A stretch of 63,690 nucleotides of DNA, the filler included, from Folioceros fuciformis (lineage: Eukaryota), in NCBI GenBank assembly GCA_049999805.1. It is 13 parts of 13 records of this genome, joined end to end, with 100 filler letters (N's around TTAATTAATTAA, not from the genome) between each part and the next. Parts side by side here need not be neighbours in the genome. Positions count along the whole stretch, not along the records: positions 22,810 to 26,880 come from JBNGIO010004909.1; positions 26,981 to 30,003 come from JBNGIO010004910.1; positions 30,104 to 38,944 come from JBNGIO010004911.1; 10 more parts are not named here. One strand, given 5' to 3'. The notes under the pieces are model-generated. The model saw only the letters and a list, made by a program, of their open reading frames with translations, was not told the DNA's origin and ran no database searches. Below are positions 23,720 to 36,337 of the stretch, piece by piece; within the stretch, counting starts at the first letter, position 1; each line of letters starts with the position of its first letter. The translations under genes were made by a program, and so were the position numbers.

Positions 23720-26063
23720 GTAAGCTTATGAACTGATAGTAGATTTTTTGTCATACGTGGAACACGTAGGACTCCAGAGAGAATGACTTGTTGTCCATAA
23801 TTGAGGTTAAGCTGAACTTGCTTAGATCCTTCTATGGACAGTCCACTATCATCACCTAGAAGCACAAATTGGCTAGTGGTAGATTTGGTGCAAGACATAA
23901 ACATGTCTCTAATTGACAGATATGATTAATTGCACTCGAATCAAGGAACCACATAGACTTCCTTGTTTTGGTCAGTGACAAGGAAACTACAAGGATTGCT
24001 GGTGCTTTACTATTAAGGTTTGATCTAACCACATGAGTTTCTGTTGCAGGACATTGGGGATATCTTGCAAACTTCTTTCGACACTTGTTTTCGTAGTGAT
24101 CGAGTGTGTGGCACCAATTGCAGGGCCCTTTAGTCTTCCATTGCCCAGTTGAGGACTTGTTGCCAGGTCCATTGAAAGGGTGTAGTGACCTGAAACCGCC
24201 TTTGCTACGTCCTCTTCCAGGAGAAGTGTACAGGACATGTTGATGTTGATGGGAGGAGGAAGCATGACTTGTTCCCATTCTGCTGGATTCTTATTTGAGC
24301 AAGGCTCCTATGATCTTAGACAAGGTAATAGCTGGAGTTTGTCCAACAACTGCCTTAACATCTTGTCTTAATATTGAAGCCTGTGTCCTTATTATAGTAT
24401 GGTAGCTTGGAGGAAGAGATGAGAACAAAATGTTGGCAACTTGAAGTTTCGTGAGTGTTGATCCTGCAAGATCAGCAGAAGCTAGCTTTGCCCTCAAAGT
24501 CTAAAACTTATGCACGTGGTGCTCAATGTTACAGAAAGTAAAATCTTTCTGGCCCTTTTGTCCTTCTTATGCCATGTTGTAATTACTTGGGCAGCTGCAC
24601 TACCTGCAGCAGGGTTAGGATTAGGTGTAACAGGTCTTGCTAGAGTCCCATCCACTTCATCCATTAATTCCTATTCATCAAAAATAGCAACCATTCTCAT
24701 TTCCCCGTGTAGTGAAATCAATACCATTAAACTTGCCCTTGTCCTTAATTTCTATCCTACGGGGAGGAATGCTTCCAATTGTGGTGGATGTCTATATGGG
24801 AATGATTCTTAACATGGTAAGGTGTAGGTAAAAGAGGTTTGGATACTAATGTCAGTGAGGAAATTGGGTTCCTAGTAGTTATCCTTCTAAAGACAGCAAA
24901 ACTATAGGAAGTAAGTATCTTGTAGAACATTTGAGTCTAAATTAAGGAGAGAGGCTAGGCCTGGGAGAGCCATTTCTATGGGCTCGTGGAGATTTTTATA
25001 GGAGGCCAAATCTTTGGGTTTAGCAAGAGGTGTGTAAGCCAAGTTGGATACAATCGGAATGAAAGACACTATAGGATCTCGTGCAGGGTAAATACGTATG
25101 TCTACTTTGGATCATGTTGCTATTGAAATTGTCAAGAAAAGGGTATGTAATTCACTTATCTAGCTTCTAGTTGTCTAGTTTTATGTTCTAACTTACATAT
25201 TTGCTTTTGTAGCATGATATAATCAATTTTTGTATTATATTGGTATGCGTAAGTCTCTTTGCCTAATGCCTCGAGTTTGTTTTGTACAAGTATAAGGGAA
25301 TTGTGAGATTTGAAGGTTCTTTTATATCCAAATTTGGGTAATGATGAACCACTATTAGAGGAGAATGACAATTTCCATGATTGCAGGTGTTTCTACAACA
25401 AGAAATTCATGTAGATATGTGGGATAAGTGACACCTATAAAATTGAGGATTCTTTATCATTTCCTCTGTAGATTATTTCATTAGTACAGGCATAAGAAGA
25501 TGCAAGAAAATTGAATGCCAATTAAAGGCATTTTTTTGATCTCTTGTGCTTCTTGCTGTATTCAATGATTGCAAAAGGTTCACAGGATAGCGATGATAGT
25601 GCCTCTTCATGTAGAGTAGGCCTATTGGGTTAGAGGAACTAGATTCATTAAAAAAATTTAAAAAAACATTGAATTGGATTTGAATGCTTGTTTGCAGGTG
25701 GTGTTACATACATTGGGCGCAAATTGCAATGGCCATCAAGATGATGGTTACTGTATATTGTGCCCAATTATAGGTTTTGCAACATGCATGCAAGCATTTG
25801 CATGGCTCTGATACCATGAACAATTATTGCACAGGGAGTCCCATAGCATAGGATTGCTTGCAAGAAAGTGTTAATCAAGAAAAGTGTACGAGTGATACAA
25901 AAGGTAGTACTGAAAGTCTTGACGATTGTATAACCTAAAATGAAAATATGTAACTCTAACTTAAGACAACATTTCATAATAATGCTTTGTATATCCTCAC
26001 CCTAATATAATCACTAGTTAGGGTTGTATATAAATACAAGCTTATTTCTACATACTTCTACCA
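23720..26063 (-). mobile_element. Degenerate copia 5' half (LTR from 25817, PBS 25803-25816, upstream ORF remnant 25156..25371, gag-zinc knuckle-PR)
   Basis: TGGCTCTGATACCA|TG; CNWCHTLDHYENKC; WFLDSSAINH; VPRMTKNLLSV. Confidence 0.8.
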
Positions 26064-26077
26064 ATATGGTATGCTTG

Positions 26078-26470
26078 CTCAAGTCAAGCAGCAAGTAGCT
26101 TGCTTCAAGGAGTGTGATAGGGTGAAGACATCCTTCACCATGTAGCACCCACAGCTCCACCCATTGCTAATCATAGGGTTGTTTTTCAAGTGGTCTTGTG
26201 ACTTGATAGGGGAGCTACCGAAGACACCTCGTGGGAATGTGTATATCATGGTTATGATGGAGCATTTCTCCAACTGGGTTGAGGTGATGGCGCTACTAAA
26301 CAAGACTTCATATAGCACAACCCAAGCCTTTCTTTAGAATGTCTTAAGTATGTTTGGAAGTTGTGCTGAGTGTGTCACTTCCTAGGGCTATGAATTTCAA
26401 GGGGAGTTTCAAGACCTCCCAGATGCAGTATTCATTGACCATTGCCAAACCTATAGGGATGATCCACAAA
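26078..26470 (+). mobile_element. Ty3/gypsy integrase fragment
   Basis: Plus strand reads LHPLLIIGLFFKWSCDLIGELPKTPRGNVYIMVMMEHFSNWVEV...FGSCAECVTS*GYEFQGEF, with stops. Confidence 0.75.
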
Positions 26471-26708
26471 TCAATTTTATCCACGTGTGGCAGACCATAA
26501 GTATGCTTGGGACAATGTTGACTCCTAGCATGCTCGCAACAATCCTAATGGTGGGCCAAGTACTAAGCAATTCAACAATTACCTCACATGACAACATCTA
26601 TTTCGACATCATTATTTCCCGAGACAAGTGCCACTCTATTTGACCTTGTAAGCTTTATTGTTCGAGGACATTGTGGAATAACAATAAACCCGATTTTCAT
26701 GCCATATT

Positions 26709-26880
26709 GTGAACCTCCAAAGTTTGGGGTAGTGGTTTGTTTTGGTTGAAAAAGGGTTAATAGCGGTATGGTTTGGTTTTCTTTTTCTACTTATTTTCCC
26801 TAATTTTCCTTGATTTTCTGGTCATTTTCCCTATTTTTCTTTGTGCTAATTAGGTTAATTGACCAGGAAATAGTTGGTTT
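26709..26880 (+). repeat. LTR-like terminus; inverted homolog of 60214-60382 (same family also related to ~13040-13320 and ~59830-60060)
   Basis: TGTGAACCTCCAAAGTTT...TAGTTGGTTT aligns to the reverse complement of 60214-60382. Confidence 0.8.
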
Positions 26881-28039
26881 NNNNNNNNNNNNNNNNNNNN
26901 NNNNNNNNNNNNNNNNNNNNNNNNTTAATTAATTAANNNNNNNNNNNNNNNNNNNNNNNNNNNNNNNNNNNNNNNNNNNNAAGATGTTTTATGCTGACGG
27001 GCAGGAGGCCCCCACCTCCAACAGCCCGCCATCCCCTTGGAGGCGCTCGTCGTCCAGCCTCTTGCAGATTCTGGAGTCTCAACGGGCCGCTGCTATCTCT
27101 GCTGTACTGAAGGAGGAGATGCCCCCAAATCGAAAGCAGGGGCAAAGCCGGGAGAGCTCTCACCACCCACCATCTGCCCAAATTCGGATCACTGGCGACC
27201 ATAGAAGTGGAGACTCCATCCGGCGCTCAGGCTCCGATCTTGAGATTTCTCCTTCCCAAGCCTGGCCGGGATTGGGCGCAGGTTGGCACTCTGGAGCGGG
27301 CGCTCAGACCCCTACGGTCGTCACACCAAGATCTGGACCGATGCGAGTGGAGGGAGCGGGCGTAGGCAGGAGGCCACCCGCTTCTCCCTACCCGGTGACC
27401 CGCACAGGCGCCCAGCTTGTGGGAGGCGCAGGCTTGCAAGAACCTGGGGACCTGGTGAGCCTGGGAAAATCGGGTGCAGGCGCGTGGGGAGCGCGCATGG
27501 CCGAGATCAGAGCGCCACCAAACGGGCACAAGATGGGAGCGGGTGTGGCAACCCCGGAGCACCCAACGGGCGCGCCCGTCCGTGAACGGACGTACCCGTT
27601 CATGGACGGGCGCACCCGCCCGTCCTCGGCACCTCCACACCTGTTCGGGGGTTTATTTAAACCCCCTCCCCGGGCCATATCGTTATCTTTTTTAAATACC
27701 TGCCTTGCTCCCTCGCAGCCTGCCTATCCCCTGCCTTCTGCACCCGAGGTTTTTTCCGCCGGCGCCTACCTCCGAGTATTGTGTGAAGACGGAGCCACCG
27801 ATGACGCCACCGCCAACCTTCTCAGCATATCAAACCCAGGAACTTTGGGGCCAGCTGAAGCGGACCGCCGACGAGCTGGTGGACCTTGTCTTCTGACTTC
27901 AACGTTTTTCGGAGCCAGACCCCGGCACATCCTCGGCTGCTCACCCACCGAACTTAAGAATGTTTGCTTGAACCTTTGTGGTTGTACTTCTCCTCTTGTA
28001 TATATTCTGAGAAACTAGCCAGCCTGGACTTCGAAGTTT

Positions 28040-30003
28040 ATGACCACAGGCGGAAACTCTTTTATAGACTTGCTCATCCAGCAATCGAATTCACTTTCTT
28101 TGAATACGACAACCACGATGGCTAGCAACAGCTCCGTGGCACCAACTACAGGCGCCATCCCGATGTTCACCGAGCAAATAAAAGAGCAAGACCGCTTCAA
28201 TGGGCTCCACTACCTAGTTTGGCGAGTCCGGATGAAGTCCTTGCTGGTCGGTAGAGGCGTCTGGAAGGTGGTGGACGACAGCCTCCCTAAGCCATCTGCT
28301 ACCTCCGTCCCCCCGCCCTCGACTGTCGACGTGGAGCGTTGGGACTACATCAACGGGGTCGCCATCGCCCTCCTCATCAGCGGGCTTGCCTCCAGCCTGG
28401 TGCCTAGCGTGGAGTTTCTCACAGAAGCTTCTGCCACCTGGGATCAGCTATCAAACACATACAACGTCAACAATGTCCTGACCCTCTACAGCGTCAGGCA
28501 GGAGTTCAATGCCCTCAGAATGAAGGAGTCCGACACAGTAACTGCCCACACCTCAAGATTCCGGCAACTACGAGGGCAGCTGGCATCTCTCGGCTCGACG
28601 ATGACTGAGACGGATGCCGCCGCCCAACTACTCATGAGCTTGCCACATTCATATCAGCATTTCGTCACCAGTTTGATGCTGATGTCGACACGTGGTGTTG
28701 CTGGAGGATCCTCCACTTCCTCTCTTACAGTGGAGGAGATTATTGGAGCGCTTTATCAACACGAGCAGAGCCGCCTTACGTCGGCAGGCGGGTCCAAGCC
28801 CAAGGTCGACAAGGCGTTTACTGCTCGAGCCACGCCCGTGAAGGCACACGGGAAGCAAGTCAACACCCCCAAGGGCGCTTCGACCTCTGCTTCACCCCTC
28901 CGAACAGGCAACTGCAACTGGTGCGGCACTCCCGGCCATTGGGCGCGGGAATGCCGAAAGAAGAAAGCTAGGGAGCCTCAGAAGCCCGGCCTCCGCCAGA
29001 CTGCTAACGTGGCTGTCAAAGGCAAGACTGAAGACACCAAGACGGTGAAGATTCTCACCGTCTGCATGAGCACTCAGCCGCAGCCAGACCAAGGGTGGTA
29101 CTTGGACAGTGGTGCCACCGCCCACATCTGCAATGATGACGCCCTCTTCTCCAAGCTGGACCGACGTCCCATCAGAGAGAGGGTTCTTCTCGGAGCAAGT
29201 CCAGCCTGCCCATCCATGGCCAAGGGACTTGCGAGTTGTCCCTGTTTGATGGTTCTACATTGACTCTCGAGCCCGTCCTCTATGTGCCACAGATGGGAAA
29301 GAACCTCGTGTCCCTTAGCCAGCTATTGCAGCACAGTCCACTGGAAGTAAACTTCTCCCGCGACTCCTGTTGTTTTTATAGATCAGCCAGTCCTGACTTG
29401 TGCCTCATGGAAGCCATCCCCCAAGATGGCCTGTACAGACTTATTCCGAATAGCACACAAAGCCCATTTGCTTACGTCGCTAGCAAGTTAGCCGAAGACC
29501 TGGCTGCCCTGTGGCATGCCAGGCTGGGTCACATTAACAAGCACAAGCTCATATCCATGTCCTCACAGGGTCTCTATCAAGAGCCACTCCCTAGATGTTT
29601 CCAACACTTGTCAGTCTGCGAATCCTGTGTCCTCGCCAAGCAGAAGGAGTCTCCCTTCCCGAAGGGGGCACATAGGGCTGAGGCTGTGCTAACCTTAGTT
29701 CATGCCGATATATCCGGGAAGATTCAGACTCCCTCCCTTGGTGGTGCTATATACTATCTCACCCTCACAGATGACTTCAGCAGATACTCTTGGACCTTTC
29801 CAATGCATCTGAAGAGCGAGACGTTCACATACTTCAGTGAGTGGCTCCCAGTGGTTGAACGCCAAGCTGGGCAGAAACTGAAGACCTTGCGGAGCGATAA
29901 TGGCACGGAGTTTGTCAATCACAAGTTTGATGCCTTCCTCCTAGAGCGAGGAATTTAGAGACAACTCACGGTACCTTACACTCCACAGCAGAATGGAGTA
30001 GCG
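28040..30003 (+). mobile_element. Copia gag-PR-integrase (frameshift ~29200-29240, stop 29956)
   Basis: DRFNGLHYLVWRVRMKSLL, CNWCGTPGHWAREC, WYLDSGATAH, WHARLGH, VHADISG, RSDNGTEF, YTPQQNG. Confidence 0.95.
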
Positions 30004-30103
30004 NNNNNNNNNNNNNNNNNNNNNNNNNNNNNNNNNNNNNNNNNNNNTTAATTAATTAANNNNNNNNNNNNNNNNNNNNNNNNNNNNNNNNNNNNNNNNN
30101 NNN

Positions 30104-33100
30104 GAACAGGAGCTATTGGATCAGATGTAGAAGAAGGCTTCAGTGAACAGGAGGATTAGGATCAACAAAGGGGAAGTCAACAATATCGAAAAACTCTGGT
30201 TCGACCACATCAAATTGATCAGGTGCTGGAGCTAACTCTGCATCTACAGGGGGTGAATCATCAGGAGGATTCAGCACAGCTCGTTCATTGAAAGCAATTG
30301 TCTGAGCATGGACAACACATGTGGAAACAGGTTCAAAAAGTTTATACCTGTGAATCCCAGGTGTGTAACCTATAAACACATGTCGTCTGGACTTAAATGC
30401 AAACTTCTGTCTAAGCTTGTCTGGGATATGGGCATAGGCTGTGCTTCCAAAGACTCGAAGATGTGCAACATCGGGCTTGATACCTGTCCATAACTCAAAG
30501 GGCGTACACTTCAGAAGAGAAGACACAGAAGTGCGATTCTGCAAATAGGTTGCCACCTGAACAGCTTCAGCCCAGAAGCGTATAGGTAACCTCCCCTGGA
30601 ACAAAAGAGCTCAAGCAGCATCCTGGATTGTCATGTGTCTTCGTTCTACTCTGCCATTCATATTTGAGTGGTATGGAATTGTAAGCTGTCTAGTAATGCC
30701 ACGTTTCTGACAAAACTCCTGAAACGTATGTGATAGGTATTCCTTCCCATTATCCGAACGGATGCATTTCAACTGAAAACCTGTCTGACATTCGGCATAC
30801 ACCAGGTATCTTTTAAAACTGTCAAAAACATCACTCTTGTGTTTCAACAGCTCAGTTACAGTGAAATGGGTGCGGTCATCCTCAAACACCACAAAGTATC
30901 TGGCTCCTCCCTAACTTGGTGTAGACATAGGACCACATATGTCAGTATGCACTAAATCCAGCACTTGCGTTTGTCTCCTAGGCTTACCTGATCCAAAATG
31001 AGATTTAAACTGTTTGCTGTGCACACAAGCATCGCAAAGATCTAGATCCGGTAAGTCTGATTCAGAGAAACCTGTCACCATCTTTTCTTTGAGCAAACAT
31101 CTCATAGCCTGAATATTTGGATATCCCAACCTACAGTGTCATTTAAATGCTAGGGCAAACTTACTAACTCCCTTCTGTGTTAATTGTGCAGACAGTGGAG
31201 GGACATCTGAGACAAAATCGAGTATGTATAGGTCATATAAGGGGGTGCATCTAGCAATGACGTCTGTGGGTGTGTTTGTTCTCGTTATAACACACTCAAG
31301 ACCCTCAAACAGAATTCTGTACAGGCCTGTTTTTCCCAAAGCCATAGAACTCTCGAGATTTTTCTTCAATGCTGGAACATGCAACACATTTTCTAACTCC
31401 CAAGTTTTGCCATTTTGCAGGGTAATGACAACTGTTCCTATCCCTCTAATAGGAATGTGGGAATTATCTCCCAAAACAACAACATGCTCACTTGGAGCCT
31501 CTCTGTAGTTGAGAAAAGACTTCTTAGAGGAACACATGTGGTTAGAAGCCCCACTATTTAAGAACCACTGGTTCTTACTAGCTGTAACTGAGGAGAGACA
31601 AGACACAAGTAAACCAAGTGTGGTTGCTCTTCTCACATTTGTTTCTTGTTGTTTTCCTTTTCCAGCATCATCTCTTTGCTGGAGTTTGCAATGTCTTGCC
31701 CAGTGCCCTGGCTTGTGACAGTAGTTGCACACGCCAGGTTTCTTCACTGACTGCTGTGAACTGAAGTTAGGGTCAGGCCTAGACGTTTGTCCTCTGCCTC
31801 TACCAAAACTTCCTCGTCCACGTCCTCTTCCTCTGCCACGACCTCTGCCGCGACTTGACCATAAAGCAATATCACTCTGCTTATGTGAAGAGCTTGAAGA
31901 ACCCTTGTTGTTCATGTATTTTCTGTTGGCTTCTGCTTGCAGCAGAGCTCCAACTAACTTCTGAACAGTCAGGGACGTAGTTGCTAGGGTTGTTGCAGTT
32001 GCTGGGGTAACAGTTGTTGTTGCCTGAATACTCGAACTCCAAGTTTCATAGCTTGGAGGAAGGGCAAACAGAAACTGAACGGCAGCCCAACTATCGTTGA
32101 TGAGAACTCCACATGCAGCAAGTCTGGTTGTTGCTGCCCTAAATTTGGCAACAAAGCCCTCAACTGATTCATTTTCTCTCATGCATAGATTTTGCCAATG
32201 AACAGTGGCTGCTCCAACAGAGATCATATCCTTTGCTTCATACATATCATTCAGCAAAGTCCAGACATCGTGTGCATGCTTGGCCAACTTTATATGAGGA
32301 ATCATCTTCTGTGAAATAGATCCAACCAGTATCGTTTTTGCTTTTCTATCTTTGTGATTCCATTCCCATTGCATCCTTTTGAGTCCAAGACACATAATTG
32401 ACACCTTCTGGTGTCAATGTGCCAGATGGCTGACCAGCCACCCTCTCAGAATCAGTATCATTAGTGACATCCATCAGAAGTTTTTCCTCAAGAATGCACC
32501 GAACCCTAAACGACCAAGCATCAAAATTATGAGAAGTAAGTCGATCCTTCTCCTGCAGGCTGTTAGAAGACTGGTCTGCCGCCATAGTGTGTGACCTACT
32601 TTGCTAAGAAGTAGAGGGCCTTAGATTAGCAAGTTGCTCTCTAAGGCTAATGATCTCCGCAGCATGTTTCTTGACTTCCAGTTCCAAACCAACTGTTGAA
32701 ATCTACTCCGATGCACGGTGTTTCTCCAGGCGCTCCAAGCGTGTAGCCAGGATATCTACACATCTGGAAGTCTCCAGCAGTGTAGACATCACATTCAGTA
32801 AAGAGCTGAGGAGAGCATCACGTTGATTCAGGTCAGATTGTTTATGCTCATCTTGTAGCGGATAGGGTTTGCAGCATTTGCAGATTCCAGATGATTGTGA
32901 TGTATAATTCAACGATTCTGTCTGAATCTGCAGGCCAGATTTAGCAGATGGATACACCTCTGTCTGATTGGCGCCGTAAGATTCAAGAAAAGTCTTCAAG
33001 AACCTGGTTCTCTCCTGTTGCTCAACCGAAGATAGAACGTTATTGAAATATAATCTTTCAAATTGTGCCCCAAAATCCTATTATTCAGAAATAGGGACCT

Positions 33101-33500
33101 GCTGCGCCTTTCCCTGTCTATGGGCAGATGGCCAATTCTGCCTACAGATGCCTTTTCTCGGCATCATGCATCCGCTACAAAAATCCGTGTCTATTCTGCA
33201 TTTTGTAAAAATGAATATAATCCATTTTTCAAGAACTTCAATTGTATGAAGTTCTGAATCAAAAATGAAAACAAAAAGACACAGATCAGAGATGGCTCTG
33301 ATACCATGTTCACATATTAAAATGTATTCTACATGCACATCCAGGAAGAATAGAATTGAAAAAGAAAGGATAGTATCTAGGTCTTTCTCGAGTCTCTAAA
33401 TAGCATAGGTAGTTATAACTGTCAACTTAACCTAACTACCTGAGGTTCTAACCATAAGCACAGTAGCAATGTAACTTAACCACTAATTAACTACTCAACA
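30104..33500 (-). mobile_element. Copia family A copy 2 (5' LTR 33307-33500, PBS 33293-33306, extra ORF ~33150..32604, gag 32585.., PR, integrase)
   Basis: CNYCHKPGHWARHC, WFLNSGASNH, HTDICGP, RSDNGKEY; colinear with 8926-10446. Confidence 0.93.
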
Positions 33501-35637
33501 GTGAGGATGTGACCAATGGTGGATCACCAACGGTGAATCCATGGTCCGGAAGACTGCGGAAGGGTAAACCCAAAACCACTGACCCAGACATATCAGTGAG
33601 GGGGAGAATAGAAAGCAGCAAAACTGGAAATGAGGGATATGAATCCTTAAGTAGTGAGAGCATTGATAGTGAGTTTGGCATTCCGTCTGTGGAAACGCCA
33701 AGTGCTAAGGAGCAACAATATGCAAGGCAGGTTCAAAGTGAACCAAGACCAAGGAGATCTGAGAGGGTTAGGAAACCCATTGACAGGTACACCTATACAA
33801 GCTACAATGCGCGACATTATGCGTATATGACAAGCATCACAGCTTGTAAGGAGCCAACCAAGTTTGCTGAGGCAGTGATAGATGATAAGTGGTGTCAAGC
33901 CGTGGATGAAGAATGCTCAGCATTACTTGACAACGGAACGTGGGATTTGGTTCAATTGCCTAATGACAAGGTTCCTATTGGTTCTAAGTGGGTGTACAAG
34001 CTGAAGTTCAAGTCAAATGGAACCGGAGCGTTACAAGGCCAGGTTGGTTGCAAAGAGATATGCACAACAATATGGTCTTGATTATGAGGAAACCTTTAGT
34101 CCAGTAGCCAAGATGACAACTGTGAGGACAATCATAGCATTAGCAGCAGCTAAAGGATGGAAGTTATGGCAAATGGATGTCAAGAATGCTTTCTTGAATG
34201 GTGAGTTGCAGGAGGAAGTGTACGTGGAACAGCCTGAAGGCTATGTTCATCCTAAGTTTCCAACGTACGTATGCAAACTGAAGAAGGCATTGTATGGACT
34301 CGAACAGGCACCTAGAGCATGGAATGCTTGTATCACAAGCTATTTGAAGGAGCGAGGGTTTGTGATTGGAGATGCAGATCACAGTTTGTTTGTAAAACAG
34401 ACCAAGGTAGGACAAGTGTGTCTTGTCGTTTATGTTGACGACCTGATCATCACAGGAGATGATGCAGATGGTATTGCAGATGTCAAGGTGAATCTGCAAA
34501 AAGAGTTCAAGGTGAAGGATCTTGGTGAACTCATATACTTCTTAGGAATTGAGGTTCTACACCTCAAGGAATCTGGCTATTGCAAAAACAATATGCTAAG
34601 GATATGCTGCATAAGTATGCCATGGCAGATTGCAAAGCGATGGATACACCATTGGAGCAGAACGTCAAGCTGCAAATGCATGTAGAAACTGAGCTTGAAA
34701 ATGTGACCATGTATCGACAGATGGTCAAAAGTTTGATCTACTTGACTATCACACGTCCTGACTTAAGTTATGCAGTAGGACTAATTAGTCAATTCATGCA
34801 AAACCCAAGGAAACTGCACTTGGATGCATTTAGAAGAATCATGAGATATGTGAAAGGAACTACTAAGTTTGGATTGCTCTATGAGCATAGGAAGCATCTT
34901 GAACTGACAGGATATACAGATGCTGATTGGGCTATTTGTGTGTATGACAGAAGATCAACCAATGGATATGCATTCAGTCTCGGAAGTAGTATGATCAGCT
35001 GGCAAAGCAAGAAACAACCGACAGTTGCTTTGTCAAGCACAGAAGCAGAGTATCAAGGAGCTGCAATGGCAGCCTGTGAAGCAGCTTGGTTGCAGAAGTT
35101 GCTACATGATCTTGGAAATATAGTGAACAACAAGGTCATAATCTACTGTGACAACATGAGTAGCATAAGGTTGGCTACTAATTCTATGTTTCAAGCTCGT
35201 TCGAAGCACAGAGAAGTACATTATCATTTCATCAGGGAAGTGGTATTATATGAGAAGATAGATCTTCGGCACGTGAAGACCAAAGACCAGGTAGCAGATA
35301 TCTTTACTAAGTCGCTTGGTAGAGATAAGTTCTCACACTTTCGTGAACTACTTGGAGTGTTACAAATAGTCTGAGCTTGAGGGGGAGTGTTAGAAATCAA
35401 GCTCTAACTGAATTGTTATTAAGAGTATACAACACTTAGGATAGTGTAGATTATCCCATATTGAACTCGTAGTTATCTACCACCTAAGTGTTATCAGGAT
35501 ATACCAGGATATTGCACCCTCAAGACTAAAGCTTACCTTATCGAGAGTTGACCCACCTGAAGGCTATATATGTAGCATCATGTGCACCATAAGGAATGTA
35601 CTATGGAGTCCATCTAAGCAAGTGGTGCTATTTCAAC
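33501..35637 (+). mobile_element. Copia RT-RNase H, PPT (35379-35387) and 3' LTR (from 35388)
   Basis: QMDVKNAFL, VYVDD, GYTDADWA, VADIFTKSL; GAGGGGGAG|TGTTAG. Confidence 0.93.
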
Positions 35638-36337
35638 AACATGGGAATCAAGAAAATGAGGATGATTGCCTCCCCCCCCCCCACGATCTGGCTCTCAATC
35701 CACAACGAGTCCCGGCCTTCAAACCTCCTTGCAAAGTCTCGGACTGGCGTCCTTCCAAAATCACGGCGTCAACGCCTCTATCTTCCTCTACGCATAACAA
35801 CAGCACCTTAGCAAGTTCCCCACCACAACTGATCTTGGGCTCCTGGATTTGGATCCCCTAACGCGCCGCGACCTGTCCTCAGATCTCCTCTACCCTACCC
35901 CCGACTGCAATTCGTGCTCGTAGACCCGTTCCTAATCCTAGCCAGGTGCGGCCCTCCTCGAGCAATCTATCGGCCTCCGATTTTCAAGTGTGCCCGATCT
36001 TGATCCCACAGCCAAGCCTCGCCTCCTGCAAGTTCACACATAGCACTGCCCCATTAGCCCCTAGCTCTAAATTCATGGAGCCACGATCAATGCCCAAGCT
36101 CCTTGTATACAGCCGGCTGGAACTTAACGGATAGCACACTCAAGCCACAGATTGATCAGGGCACAGTTCGTAGAACTTAATAATACATTTATTACATGCA
36201 AGCATCCAATAGGTGTGATGCTTCATCTTGCACCCCTTGTTTCTTCGTCATCATCTTACACCCGAGTGCTGTGCTTACTATATAGACACTTGTTTGAGAC
36301 ATTGATGAATGAATTGACAACCTTACCAAAATTGTTA

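Noticed and set aside
26984-28018. 344-aa ORF upstream of gag as another ORF0
   Set aside because: GC-rich and Pro/Gly/Ala-rich, contains a TATA-like tract, has no PBS to anchor it and no second copy; may be LTR or leader sequence.
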